NCBI GenBank assembly: GCA_963727625.1
Contig: CAVSHR010000006.1
Location: forward strand, 64,001-128,000
Reading direction: 5' to 3'
Length of the DNA: 64,000 nucleotides
From: an uncultured delta proteobacterium
Lineage (GTDB): Bacteria > Desulfobacterota > Binatia > UBA9968
Positions 51,771-60,613 of the stretch are shown one piece after another (positions within the stretch are counted from its first letter, which is position 1; each line of letters opens with the position of its first letter). A program made the translations under genes and the position numbers. The notes under the pieces are model-generated. The model did no database searches. It saw nothing but the letters and a program-made list of their open reading frames with translations, and was not told the origin of the DNA.

Positions 51771-52857
51771 CTACAGCCCATAAAATATCTTCGCGTTGTC
51801 GTAAAGAATTTTCTGCACGGCGGATGTGCGAAATCTCGCCCTTCTCGGCGCGCTCTTTCAGTAACTTGGGAAATTCGTACTCCATCGATGAATCGCGGTG
51901 GGTGTAGTCGGAGCCGACCATTAGGCTATCTTCGCCCGCGACTTTGAGGATGTAAGGCAAGTCTTCGTCGACCTGGCAGGTGACGTACATACGGTTTTCT
52001 TTGAGCAATTCCGACGACAGCGTGTAGCGGGCGAATTGGCTGAAGGTGCCTGCGCCGTCGGCGGCTTTTTCCATGCGCCGTTTGAGTTCCCAAGCAATAA
52101 ACGGAATCCACGAACAGCCCGCTTCGATGATGCCGAAGCGAAGTTTGGGAAACTTTTGCGGCAGTCGATGGCGGATGATCGTATGGAAAGCGTGAACGGT
52201 CGGGAGCTGGGAGCGCATGAACGAGCCCAGAGAAAATTCCCGCGCCGGCACGAAATCGGGCGTACCGGAGCCGATGTGGACGCAGATTGGCAAGTCCAAT
52301 CGATTCGCCTCCTCGTAGAGCGGGAAGAAGTAGGGATCAGCGGGCCACTTGCCGGCTTCCAGATCACCTTTTTTCAAGATGCCGCAGGCGCCGTGATCTT
52401 TGGCGAACTGCAATTCCTTGATCGCTTCGTCCATATTCATCAGCGGCGGCAGGCAGACCCAGCGCAGCCGGCCATGCGACTCGGCGCAGCGGTCGGCGAG
52501 CCAGCGGTTGTAGCTGCGCCTGAGCGCGGTGGAAACTTCCGGGCGCTCGGTGGCTTCCATTAAAAACAGCGTCGGGTAAAGCACCTGGACCTGAGTTCCC
52601 ATCGCGTCCATGTCGCGCAGGCGCGCCTGGACGTCCAGCAACTCGCGGGTTTCCACTGTCGTGCGCGTATTGTTATCGTCGCGCACGAAGCGCATCTGCC
52701 GGTGGCCGTCGATCAGCCAATAGCGCACCGGGTTTTTTGACGGATCGACGCGCGCAGGATTCTGAGTAATCGGTTTGAATTCCTGCTCGAAATCCCGCAG
52801 GTATTCCCAAGTCGCTTCGGTTTCATCGATATGAGTATCGGCGTCGATGATCGGCAT
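51771..52857 (-). CDS. Amidohydrolase_2 family protein (frameshift near 51826)
   Basis: IDADTH, YNRWL, HIG, IEAG, GSDYTH; natural end SAVQKILYDNAKIFYGL* lies in a shifted frame. Confidence 0.88.
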
Positions 52858-52920
52858 ATCGCACCTCCGATTTTCTTCGGAGATAATAATCACAAAAAAT
52901 AGGAACGGCGCAATGGCCAT

Positions 52921-52960
52921 TTGTTCAAAACGTTCAAGCCGTTCAAATCGTTCAAAACGT
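52921..52960 (+). repeat. Tandem 9-mer GTTCAANNC repeat
   Basis: GTTCAAAAC GTTCAAGCC GTTCAAATC GTTCAAAAC. Confidence 0.75.
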
Positions 52961-52986
52961 CGGAAAAAAATTTCAGCAACTTGAGC

Positions 52987-53020
52987 AAAAAAAGGCCACT
53001 CCTTGTGGGTGGCCTTTTTT
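52987..53020. terminator. Bidirectional-type intrinsic terminator
   Basis: AAAAAAAGGCCAC-loop-GTGGCCTTTTTT. Confidence 0.8.
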
Positions 53021-53046
53021 ATCTGGTTAAACCTAGCGTCGAGTGA

Positions 53047-53538
53047 TCAGCCCGCGGATTCGGCGAAAAAGGTGCCGGCTTCGATGGGCGGCAGATTGCG
53101 ATTCTCCGGCGTTCCGCTCACCAGCGGTTTGCCGTCGGCGCCGAGACGCATTTCCTGGCCGCCTTGTTGTTGCCCTTTGACGCCGGCGCCGACGCGGATC
53201 ACCACCAGATTGCCCTCGCCGGTGTTGAGATAGCGGTAGTAGGCGCCCTTGGGGATCATCACGCCCTGGTACTGTTTTACTTCGATCTCGCCGCCGTTTT
53301 CATCGAATACGCTCATCTGGCCTTCCAGGACGATGAACGCGTGATCTTCATCCATGTGCTTGTGAATTTCGTTCTCGCCGCCCTCGGCGTTGATCTTGGT
53401 GTGAATCCACATATTCGCCGTCTCGGCGACGAGTTGGGTGACCCGGCCCTGCTTCATATAGGGGGTTTTCAATGAGAAGAGCTGAGTCTTCGGTTTGTCC
53501 TGCGAGGTTAACTTGGCTGCTGTGACGCTGGTTTGCAT
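53047..53538 (-). CDS. Cupin domain protein
   Basis: GGENEIHKHMDEDHAFIVLEG, IPKGAYY..NTG. Confidence 0.85.
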   Translation of the reverse strand: MQTSVTAAKLTSQDKPKTQLFSLKTPYMKQGRVTQLVAETANMWIHTKINAEGGENEIHKHMDEDHAFIVLEGQMSVFDENGGEIEVKQYQGVMIPKGAYYRYLNTGEGNLVVIRVGAGVKGQQQGGQEMRLGADGKPLVSGTPENRNLPPIEAGTFFAESAG

Positions 53539-53576
53539 GATTTTTCTCCTTAGGTGTTTTTGTGCTCAAATGAGAT

Positions 53577-53604
53577 AGACCCTTCGCGTTCGCTCAGGGT
53601 GACA
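53577..53604 (-). repeat. REP-like short palindrome
   Basis: Minus strand TGTCACCCTGAGCGAACGCGAAGGGTCT, resembling the GTCAYCCTGAGCGNAGCGAAGG class of intergenic repeats. Confidence 0.5.
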
Positions 53605-53625
53605 TGCTCCTGCAGAAGGAGCATG

Positions 53626-54684
53626 TCAATTATTTATTCCGTCGATCTTCAGATCGTAAAGCTTGATCACGTTTTCGCGCACGACTTTGCGGAGCACATC
53701 CTTGGGCAAGTGGCCGAGCTCTTCGGCGATGACCTTGCGTGAGTGCGGCCAGGGCGATGCGGCGTGCGGGTAGTCGTTCGACCACATGAACGTGTCTTGG
53801 CCGTAGCGATTCATCAACTGACCGCCGCAAGGATCGCTGAAGAAAGTCGCGTAAACCTGTTCGTTGATGTAGTCGCCGGGGAGTTTTTCCATGAACGGCA
53901 GCGGAACCTTGGTCTTGAAGCGCAGGTAGTACTTGTCCCACTCATGTTGGTAGAACGGCAGCCAGGCGCACTCGTTTTCGACATAGACCAATTTTAATTT
54001 CGGAAACCGCGCGAGAACGCCGGTGAATACGAGGTCGAATAAAGTATTCGCCGCGTCGTTGACTTTGTCGTTGACCGCGGTTTTGTAGGTATCGAGTCCC
54101 TTGCGCTCGAAGCGGCTGTAATTGAAGCCGGTGAGGATATGCAGGTTCACCGGTATGTTCAATTCCGCGGCGGCTTCCCAGAACGGGTCGTAGTAGTCGG
54201 TCTTGAATGACAGATGCTCGGGCGGCACTTGCCAGATCAGGCAGCCGACCATGCCGGCTTTCTTGCAGCGCTCGAGCTCCCTGATGGCGTTCTTGATGTT
54301 GTAGAGCGAGATCATCGGGATGCCGATCAGACGCCCCGGCGTCACTTTGCAGTAGTCGATCATCCAGTCGTTGGCAATTTCAAAACAGGCTTTCTGGCAC
54401 TCGGCGTCTTCCATGGCGAACAACCGCAGCCCCAGGGTCGGATAAAGCACTTCGGCGGAGACGCCGTCGGTTTCCATCTCGCCGATGCGCGCCTTAGGGT
54501 CCCAACCGCCGGGCTTTTCGCCGGGCGAGTTGCGCTTGGGGAATTTCGGATACCGATCCTTTAATGACGGCGGAAGATTCTTGATCCACAGGTCTTCCGG
54601 CTCCTGAATATGGGAGTCCGCCGAGATGATCTTTTCTCCCGCCAGCACGGTTTCCGGCGTGTAGGTGGCTGCGGCTGTGCTCAT
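53626..54684 (-). CDS. Amidohydrolase_2 family protein
   Basis: ISADSH, EVLYPT, NDWM, WSNDYPH. Confidence 0.9.
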   Translation of the reverse strand: MSTAAATYTPETVLAGEKIISADSHIQEPEDLWIKNLPPSLKDRYPKFPKRNSPGEKPGGWDPKARIGEMETDGVSAEVLYPTLGLRLFAMEDAECQKACFEIANDWMIDYCKVTPGRLIGIPMISLYNIKNAIRELERCKKAGMVGCLIWQVPPEHLSFKTDYYDPFWEAAAELNIPVNLHILTGFNYSRFERKGLDTYKTAVNDKVNDAANTLFDLVFTGVLARFPKLKLVYVENECAWLPFYQHEWDKYYLRFKTKVPLPFMEKLPGDYINEQVYATFFSDPCGGQLMNRYGQDTFMWSNDYPHAASPWPHSRKVIAEELGHLPKDVLRKVVRENVIKLYDLKIDGINN

Positions 54685-54785
54685 GATTGGGCCCTCGCTT
54701 TCGCTCCGACTGATAACGACGATTGGGAGTTTTTACGACTCTGCCAATGGCTACTCACTACGAAAACCGGGTTTAGTTGTCAAAT

Positions 54786-55673
54786 TCACTTGGTTTCGGC
54801 AGGCAATCTGGTGGCGTGCCATGGGATTGGCTGTTTACTTCCCGGCGTCACGGCGCTGCCTTCGATTTTACCGTCGCCAACCTTGCCGGTGAAACGATAC
54901 GGGCTCGAGCCGATGGCGATATCGAAACTGATCTCGTCTCCACGCAAGCGCGAATTGCCAATTTTTAGCGGCCCCGAGATATTTTCCGCCGAAGCATTGA
55001 GCCTCTGATAATCCTGATCGATGGCCATCGCGATCAACTGCCGGTTGGTGCCGCCGGGATCGAGCTCCACGCGCCAGTTGCCAGCGACGACGCTGGGCAC
55101 AATCCAGAGATAGAGGTAGGCCTTATCCGTGCCGTTGGCGTCGACTTTTTCCGGAACCGTCATAGAGAACTGACGGTCGGGATTCCATCCGCTCATGTAA
55201 TAATCGTGCGCCACGATGCGCGCTCCGGGTTTGAGCTCCGATAGCAGCTTGGGTCGAAGTTTTTCCATGAAGTAGGGAATGACATAGAGGGTCACGACGG
55301 TTGCCCGGCTAATATCCGTCTTGAACATGTCTTGCACGATGAATTTGACCCGGCCGGCTACGCCTGCGGCTTTGGCGTTTTTGTTCGCGAGCTCGACCAG
55401 CTTGGCATCGATATCGACGCCCAAGCCGCTGGCTTTGAACTTTTGCGCCGCGTTGATGATCACCCGGCCGTCTCCTGAACCGAGATCGATGATGTAATCT
55501 TTTGCCGTGACATTGGCCATCTTCAACATTTCATCGACGACCACTTGCGGCGTCGGTACGTAGGGAAGCTTGCCCAGTTCCTGGGCGCGCGGCGCGTTCG
55601 GCGCGAGCAACGGAAAGCTCGTCGCCAGCAAACCGGCGAGAATCCATTTTATCGGCGTCAGCCTTGATAACAT
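54786..55673 (-). CDS. Class I SAM-dependent methyltransferase with signal peptide
   Basis: PYVPTP, DLGSGDGR, GVDID, LKPGARIVAHDY. Confidence 0.88.
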   Translation of the reverse strand: MLSRLTPIKWILAGLLATSFPLLAPNAPRAQELGKLPYVPTPQVVVDEMLKMANVTAKDYIIDLGSGDGRVIINAAQKFKASGLGVDIDAKLVELANKNAKAAGVAGRVKFIVQDMFKTDISRATVVTLYVIPYFMEKLRPKLLSELKPGARIVAHDYYMSGWNPDRQFSMTVPEKVDANGTDKAYLYLWIVPSVVAGNWRVELDPGGTNRQLIAMAIDQDYQRLNASAENISGPLKIGNSRLRGDEISFDIAIGSSPYRFTGKVGDGKIEGSAVTPGSKQPIPWHATRLPAETK

Positions 55674-55887
55674 AAATCACTCCTTGAGCCGGCCTATTAA
55701 TCCTACTTGTCTGCGAAATTGCAACTCGGCGCTGGCCGCGGCCCGCGCTTCGCTATATAAGCGCATGCTCGCAACGGCTCTGGCTTGACGCCTCGGCGAA
55801 ATCCCCCTATTTTCTAGCTCGCCGTCGGGTTGTTCAGCGGCGCCGGCGGGCGCGGCTCAAACTCGGCCTTGAGGAGATAGAAAACGC

Positions 55888-56922
55888 GTGAAGTTCGGTT
55901 ATTACATTCTCAACACCTATGTTCCGGAGCTGGATGGCGGCTGCAAGGAGCTGTACGGCCACTGGCTCGAGCAGATCGATGCCGCGGAAAGCCTCGGCTT
56001 CGACTCGCTCTGGGTGACGGAGCACCACTTCCGATACTTCGGCGGCATGATGCCGAGTCCGGCGCTGATTCTCGCGGCTGCGGCGCAGCGCACCAAACGG
56101 ATGCGCCTGGGCGCGGCGGTATCGATCTTGCCGATGCATAATCCGCTGCGCGTCGCCGAGGAATTCGCCATGGTGGACCAGTTGTCCGGCGGCCGGCTGA
56201 ATTTTGGCGCTGGGCGCGGCATGCACCCGACCGAGTATGCGGTGTTCGGCTACGACTGGAACGATGCACAAAAGCGTTTGCCCGAGGCGCTCGATATCGT
56301 CAGGCGGGCTTGGCGCGGTGAGGAATTCGAATGGAGGAGCGAGCATTACCACTTCCCCAAGCTTCGAGTCTTCCCGCAACCGTGGCAGCAGCCCCATCCA
56401 CCGATCTACGTGACCGCCAACCGCGATCCGGAAAGCTTCAATATGATAGGCCGGCGCGGCCATCATCTCATGACCCTGCCGTGGATCGCGACCAACGAAG
56501 AACAGCGCCCGCGGATCGAGATGTACTGGACGGCGCTGCGCGAAGGCGGCCACCGGGTCGAAGACAAAGATGTTTTCACCATGTATCCGATCTACGTCGG
56601 CGCCAGCGACGAGCAGGCGCGCGCCGAGGTGATCGAGCCTTGGCATCGCTGGCGCGGTTTCGCCATGGAAGCGCAGAATCTCAAGCCGGAAAACCCCGCC
56701 TACCGGCGCGTCCTGGCTCACCTGGACTACGACGCGATGGTGCGCGACAGCCGCGGTATCTTCGGCGGACCGGAAAGCTGCGCGCGCATACTGAGGCGCA
56801 TTATCGACGTGGTCGGCACGACGCATATCGGTTTAACCTTTCACTTCGGTGGATTGAGCCAAGAAAAAGTTTTGCGGTCGATGGAACGCTGCGCTCGCGC
56901 CGTGCTGCCGGCGCTGCGCTAA
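55888..56922 (+). CDS. LLM-class flavin-dependent oxidoreductase
   Basis: WVTEHHF, RMRLG, NPLRVAEE, QQPHPPIY. Confidence 0.92.
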   Translation: MKFGYYILNTYVPELDGGCKELYGHWLEQIDAAESLGFDSLWVTEHHFRYFGGMMPSPALILAAAAQRTKRMRLGAAVSILPMHNPLRVAEEFAMVDQLSGGRLNFGAGRGMHPTEYAVFGYDWNDAQKRLPEALDIVRRAWRGEEFEWRSEHYHFPKLRVFPQPWQQPHPPIYVTANRDPESFNMIGRRGHHLMTLPWIATNEEQRPRIEMYWTALREGGHRVEDKDVFTMYPIYVGASDEQARAEVIEPWHRWRGFAMEAQNLKPENPAYRRVLAHLDYDAMVRDSRGIFGGPESCARILRRIIDVVGTTHIGLTFHFGGLSQEKVLRSMERCARAVLPALR

Positions 56923-57050
56923 AATTTGCGCTCGCTCCGGCTAGACGATTCATCCCACCCATCGGTGCGGCGTATTGCTTCACGCGATCTTAAATTGACT
57001 GAAACCGGCTTGCGTGTTACGAACCAAAAAACTTCTGCGAGAGTGAATCC

Positions 57051-58511
57051 TTGAAAGCACCGCAATTCGAAGAGCTCCGGTCCTTGGATCTGCAAAAATG
57101 CTCGGGCGTCGGCGATATCGTTACCGCCATGCGTTACTGCGCCTTCGGCGCCCGCATGCTCGGCGAAGTCGCACAGACGATTTTTGAAATGGTAACGGCG
57201 AAGGATAATCCGATATTGATCTACGGCGGCATCGCCAACGCGCCCCTCGGGCGGTTGTTGAAAAAATTCGTCGTGAAAGGATGGTGCCGCGAGATTATGC
57301 TGCCGTCGGAATACGCCCGGACGAAGCGCCGGGGCGGACAGGTGATCGTTGTCGGCGCGTTTTCCGAGCGCAACGCCCGGGCGATTTATAAGAAACCGGC
57401 GCGGGCCGTGTTCATCAACCCATTCGACATGGCGCGACCGGGGCAGATTCGCGACGGTTTTTTCCCGGATGCGGTGTTCGCCGACCCGCGCTTTGTCATG
57501 CCCGTCCTCGACGCGGTGCTCGACGAATGGCTCAATGGCCGGCGCCGTTCGGTCGGGGCACTGATCGCGATGCTCGCGCGCTACGGTGGTCTCGGCGCTC
57601 AGGTGGCGCGCGGCGCCAAGGCGCTGGAAGCGATGATGCGCGACAAAAACTGCGCGCGCTTTCTGACGATCAGCGGCGCGATGACCGTGGGCAAGATGGA
57701 CCTGATTATCTGCGACATGATCGAGCAGGGCATGATCCATGCGATCTCTTCCACCGGCGCCTTGATGGCCCATGGGCTGGTGTCGTCCATCGGGCTCAAA
57801 CATTATAAATACAACCCCAGGTACAACGACACGGAGCTGGCGCGGCGCAAGCTCAACCGGGTGACCGATACTTTGGAGCCGGAATCCAATCTCGATACGG
57901 TCGAAGAAGTGATCGGCAAAGTGATCGATACCATCGACGGCAAACAACCGCTCAGCCCGACTGCGCTGAACCGGCTCATCGGCAAGCATCTGGCCGAAAA
58001 TTATCCAAACGAGCGGGGCATTTTGAAATCCGCCTATCTCCACAGGGTGCCGGTGTTCGTTCCTGCCTTTGTCGACTCCGAGCTGGGTAACGATATTTAC
58101 ATCCATAACCTCAAGCGGAGGCGCCGCGGCAAGCGGCCGATCCTGATGGATTTGGAGCGCGACAGTAAGGAATTGATCAAGCTCGTCACCGGCGCGAAAC
58201 GCTTCGGTATTTTTTCGATCGGCGGCGGCGTGCCGCGCAATAACGTGCAAAACGTCGCGCCGCTAATCGAGATCATCAACGAGCGGCTCGGTCCGACCTT
58301 TCCCAATCGGCGCTTCAGCTACGGCGTGCGCATCTGTCCCGACAAGCCGCACTTTGGCCATCTGTCGGGCTGCACCTACTCGGAAAACGAATCCTGGCGG
58401 AAAGCCGACAAGAACGGCATCTATGCTGAAGTGCTCGCCGACGCCACGCAGGTGTGGCCGTTTTTGGTCAAATACATCATGGAGCGTAGGGCGGCCGGCA
58501 AGATTGGTTAA
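57051..58511 (+). CDS. Deoxyhypusine synthase-like protein with N-terminal extension
   Basis: SGAM, STGAL, PAFVDSELG, IGGGVPRN, GHLSGCTYSENESWRK, ADAT. Confidence 0.85.
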   Translation: MKAPQFEELRSLDLQKCSGVGDIVTAMRYCAFGARMLGEVAQTIFEMVTAKDNPILIYGGIANAPLGRLLKKFVVKGWCREIMLPSEYARTKRRGGQVIVVGAFSERNARAIYKKPARAVFINPFDMARPGQIRDGFFPDAVFADPRFVMPVLDAVLDEWLNGRRRSVGALIAMLARYGGLGAQVARGAKALEAMMRDKNCARFLTISGAMTVGKMDLIICDMIEQGMIHAISSTGALMAHGLVSSIGLKHYKYNPRYNDTELARRKLNRVTDTLEPESNLDTVEEVIGKVIDTIDGKQPLSPTALNRLIGKHLAENYPNERGILKSAYLHRVPVFVPAFVDSELGNDIYIHNLKRRRRGKRPILMDLERDSKELIKLVTGAKRFGIFSIGGGVPRNNVQNVAPLIEIINERLGPTFPNRRFSYGVRICPDKPHFGHLSGCTYSENESWRKADKNGIYAEVLADATQVWPFLVKYIMERRAAGKIG

Positions 58512-58557
58512 AAATTACGACGCGAGAGTGCCGCCAAGCTGATCGTCCGCCGCAATA

Positions 58558-58600
58558 CGTTGTTCGTTCCAAAGGTTCCAGGGGTTTCAGTCGTTCTAAT
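58558..58600 (+). repeat. Degenerate GTTCCA 9-mer repeat
   Basis: GTTCCAAAG GTTCCAGGG GTTTCAGTC GTTCTAA. Confidence 0.5.
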
Positions 58601-58630
58601 TTTTCCATTCCCGCCGGTTGGAGGAAATTT

Positions 58631-59785
58631 ATGAAACGCAGCACTGATCGGATTCTAGTCACTCATGTCGGCAGTTTGGCGCGACCGATAGATCTGATGG
58701 ACATGCTATTGGCCAGGAACGAGGGCAAGGCTTACGATGCTGCTGCGCTCGCCAAGCGCACGCGTGAAGCGGTGGCGGAGGTGGTGCAAAAACAGATCGA
58801 TTGCGGCGTCGACATCGTCAACGACGGCGAATTGGGCAAATCAAACTTTTCCCGCTACACCCGCGAGCGGTTGAGCGGCTTCGTCGAGCGGGCCGCCGAT
58901 GCGAATTTCAAGCCAACGTCGATCTTTGGACGCGACCTGATCGAGTTCCAGGACTATTTCAACCGCGGCGGCCGCACCGCCATCGGCCATCACGCAAGAG
59001 TTTTTTACTGTGTCGAACCGCTCAAGTATGTCGGCCAGGATGAGGTCAAGGCGGATATTGAAAATTTGAACGCCGCACTGCGGGGCAAACGGGTCGAAGA
59101 GGCGTTCCTTCCCGCGATTGCGCCGGGCACGCTTGAGCATTGGATGAAAAACGAGTTTTACCGCACCGGCGAGGCTTATCTGTTCGCCATCGCCGACGCC
59201 ATGCACGAAGAGTACAAGGCGATCATCGACGCCGGCTTCATCTTGCAGATCGACGATCCCGATCTGGCCGACGCCTGGCAAATGCATCCGGCAATGAGCG
59301 TGGTGGAGTACCGCAAATATCAGGAGATACGCATCGAAGCGCTCAATCACGGCCTGCGCGATCTGCCCATCGATCGGATTCGCTTTCACATGTGCTGGGG
59401 CAGTTACCACGGTCCGCACAAATACGACATCCCGCTCCAAGACATCGTCGATCTGATTCTCAAAGTGCACGCCGGCGCCTATTCCATCGAAGCGTCGAAC
59501 CCCTGTCATGACCACGAGTGGCGCGTGTGGAACGAGGTCAAGTTTCCTGCCGGCAAAGTTTTTATTCCCGGCGTCGTCGGCCACTACAGCGACTTCATCG
59601 AACACCCTCGCGCGATCGCCGATCGTTTGGTGCGCTACGCGAGAATGATGGGACGGGAGAACGTCATTGCGGGTACGGACTGTGGCATTGGCTCGCGTGT
59701 CGGACACCCGCAAGTCGCCTGGGCCAAGTTTCAAGCGATGGCCGAAGGCGCGAGCATCGCGACCAAGGAGCTGTGGGGAAGATAA
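58631..59785 (+). CDS. Cobalamin-independent methionine synthase II family protein
   Basis: THVGSLARP, NDGELGK, LQIDDP, Zn ligands HMC...E...DCG. Confidence 0.9.
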   Translation: MKRSTDRILVTHVGSLARPIDLMDMLLARNEGKAYDAAALAKRTREAVAEVVQKQIDCGVDIVNDGELGKSNFSRYTRERLSGFVERAADANFKPTSIFGRDLIEFQDYFNRGGRTAIGHHARVFYCVEPLKYVGQDEVKADIENLNAALRGKRVEEAFLPAIAPGTLEHWMKNEFYRTGEAYLFAIADAMHEEYKAIIDAGFILQIDDPDLADAWQMHPAMSVVEYRKYQEIRIEALNHGLRDLPIDRIRFHMCWGSYHGPHKYDIPLQDIVDLILKVHAGAYSIEASNPCHDHEWRVWNEVKFPAGKVFIPGVVGHYSDFIEHPRAIADRLVRYARMMGRENVIAGTDCGIGSRVGHPQVAWAKFQAMAEGASIATKELWGR

Positions 59786-59831
59786 TCGCCGGCGATTGAT
59801 CGAGCGGAGGCGTCAATCGAGCCGCTCGCTT

Positions 59832-60428
59832 TCAATTGGGTTTCGTTAAACCCAATCGCTGGCGGCCGTAGAGTATCACGAGTTGTTCGCGCTCATCCGA
59901 TTCGGGCAGGCTTTTCAAAACATCTTCGATGCGGCCGCGCTCTTCCTGTTTCAACTCGCTCCAGCGCTCCAGGTCTATCTGCAACTTTTCGAATTCGTCC
60001 TTAGAGAGCGGCGGCGCCGTCTCGGTTTTTTCCGTGGCGGAAGTGTCGCTGATTACTTCCGGCTGGGCGCTGAGCACGACGGCGCGGCGCAGGCGGCCCT
60101 GTTCGTCGTATAGCATCGCGAAGTTTTTATAACCGATATTAGAAATCAAGGATCGCACCGCAGGCTCCAGCGGTTGGCGTCGGAGCTTGAGATTCACCAC
60201 TTTGGTGTCGGGAGTCGAAGGAACGACGATCTGAAACCCGGTCTTAGCTTGAATCGCGTGAAGCGCGAAAGTAACCGGCGTTCGGTCAAAGTCGATGGAG
60301 ATCTCGCCATTCCGGTAATCGACCCACGGGCGATAAAAATCCTCACCGTCGGTTTGGGCAAGAGCCGGCGAAATCCGCGATATCCATAGGAGCGCCAGCA
60401 GCGAAATTGTCAGCACACCTGTTTTCAT
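59832..60428 (-). CDS. Exported hypothetical protein (secretin/TonB short N-domain-like segment)
   Basis: Signal peptide; ISIDFDRTPV..AL.AI..KTGFQIV resembles STN/N0 domains. Confidence 0.6.
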   Translation of the reverse strand: MKTGVLTISLLALLWISRISPALAQTDGEDFYRPWVDYRNGEISIDFDRTPVTFALHAIQAKTGFQIVVPSTPDTKVVNLKLRRQPLEPAVRSLISNIGYKNFAMLYDEQGRLRRAVVLSAQPEVISDTSATEKTETAPPLSKDEFEKLQIDLERWSELKQEERGRIEDVLKSLPESDEREQLVILYGRQRLGLTKPN

Positions 60429-60455
60429 GGCTTTGACCTCACTAGGGATGAACTG

Positions 60456-60471
60456 AGCAAAGTCCATACCT
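60456..60471 (-). promoter_or_regulatory. Possible sigma54 promoter
   Basis: AGGTAT-GGACT-TTGCT on minus strand, upstream of GAGG RBS and ATG at 60428. Confidence 0.4.
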
Positions 60472-60613
60472 CGCTATCCTGTTCCATGAACAGCCAAAAA
60501 ATCCCTATCTTGACTCCATTTTCCCCTTTAAGCGCCAGGGGGTGTTCGGCCCCGGACAAATTTGTGACGACCATTCGTGAATTAACGGAGGGAAATGTGA
60601 GGCTATCTACCGC

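Noticed and set aside
52921-52960. Possible CRISPR array
   Set aside because: 9-nt units with no spacers and no cas genes
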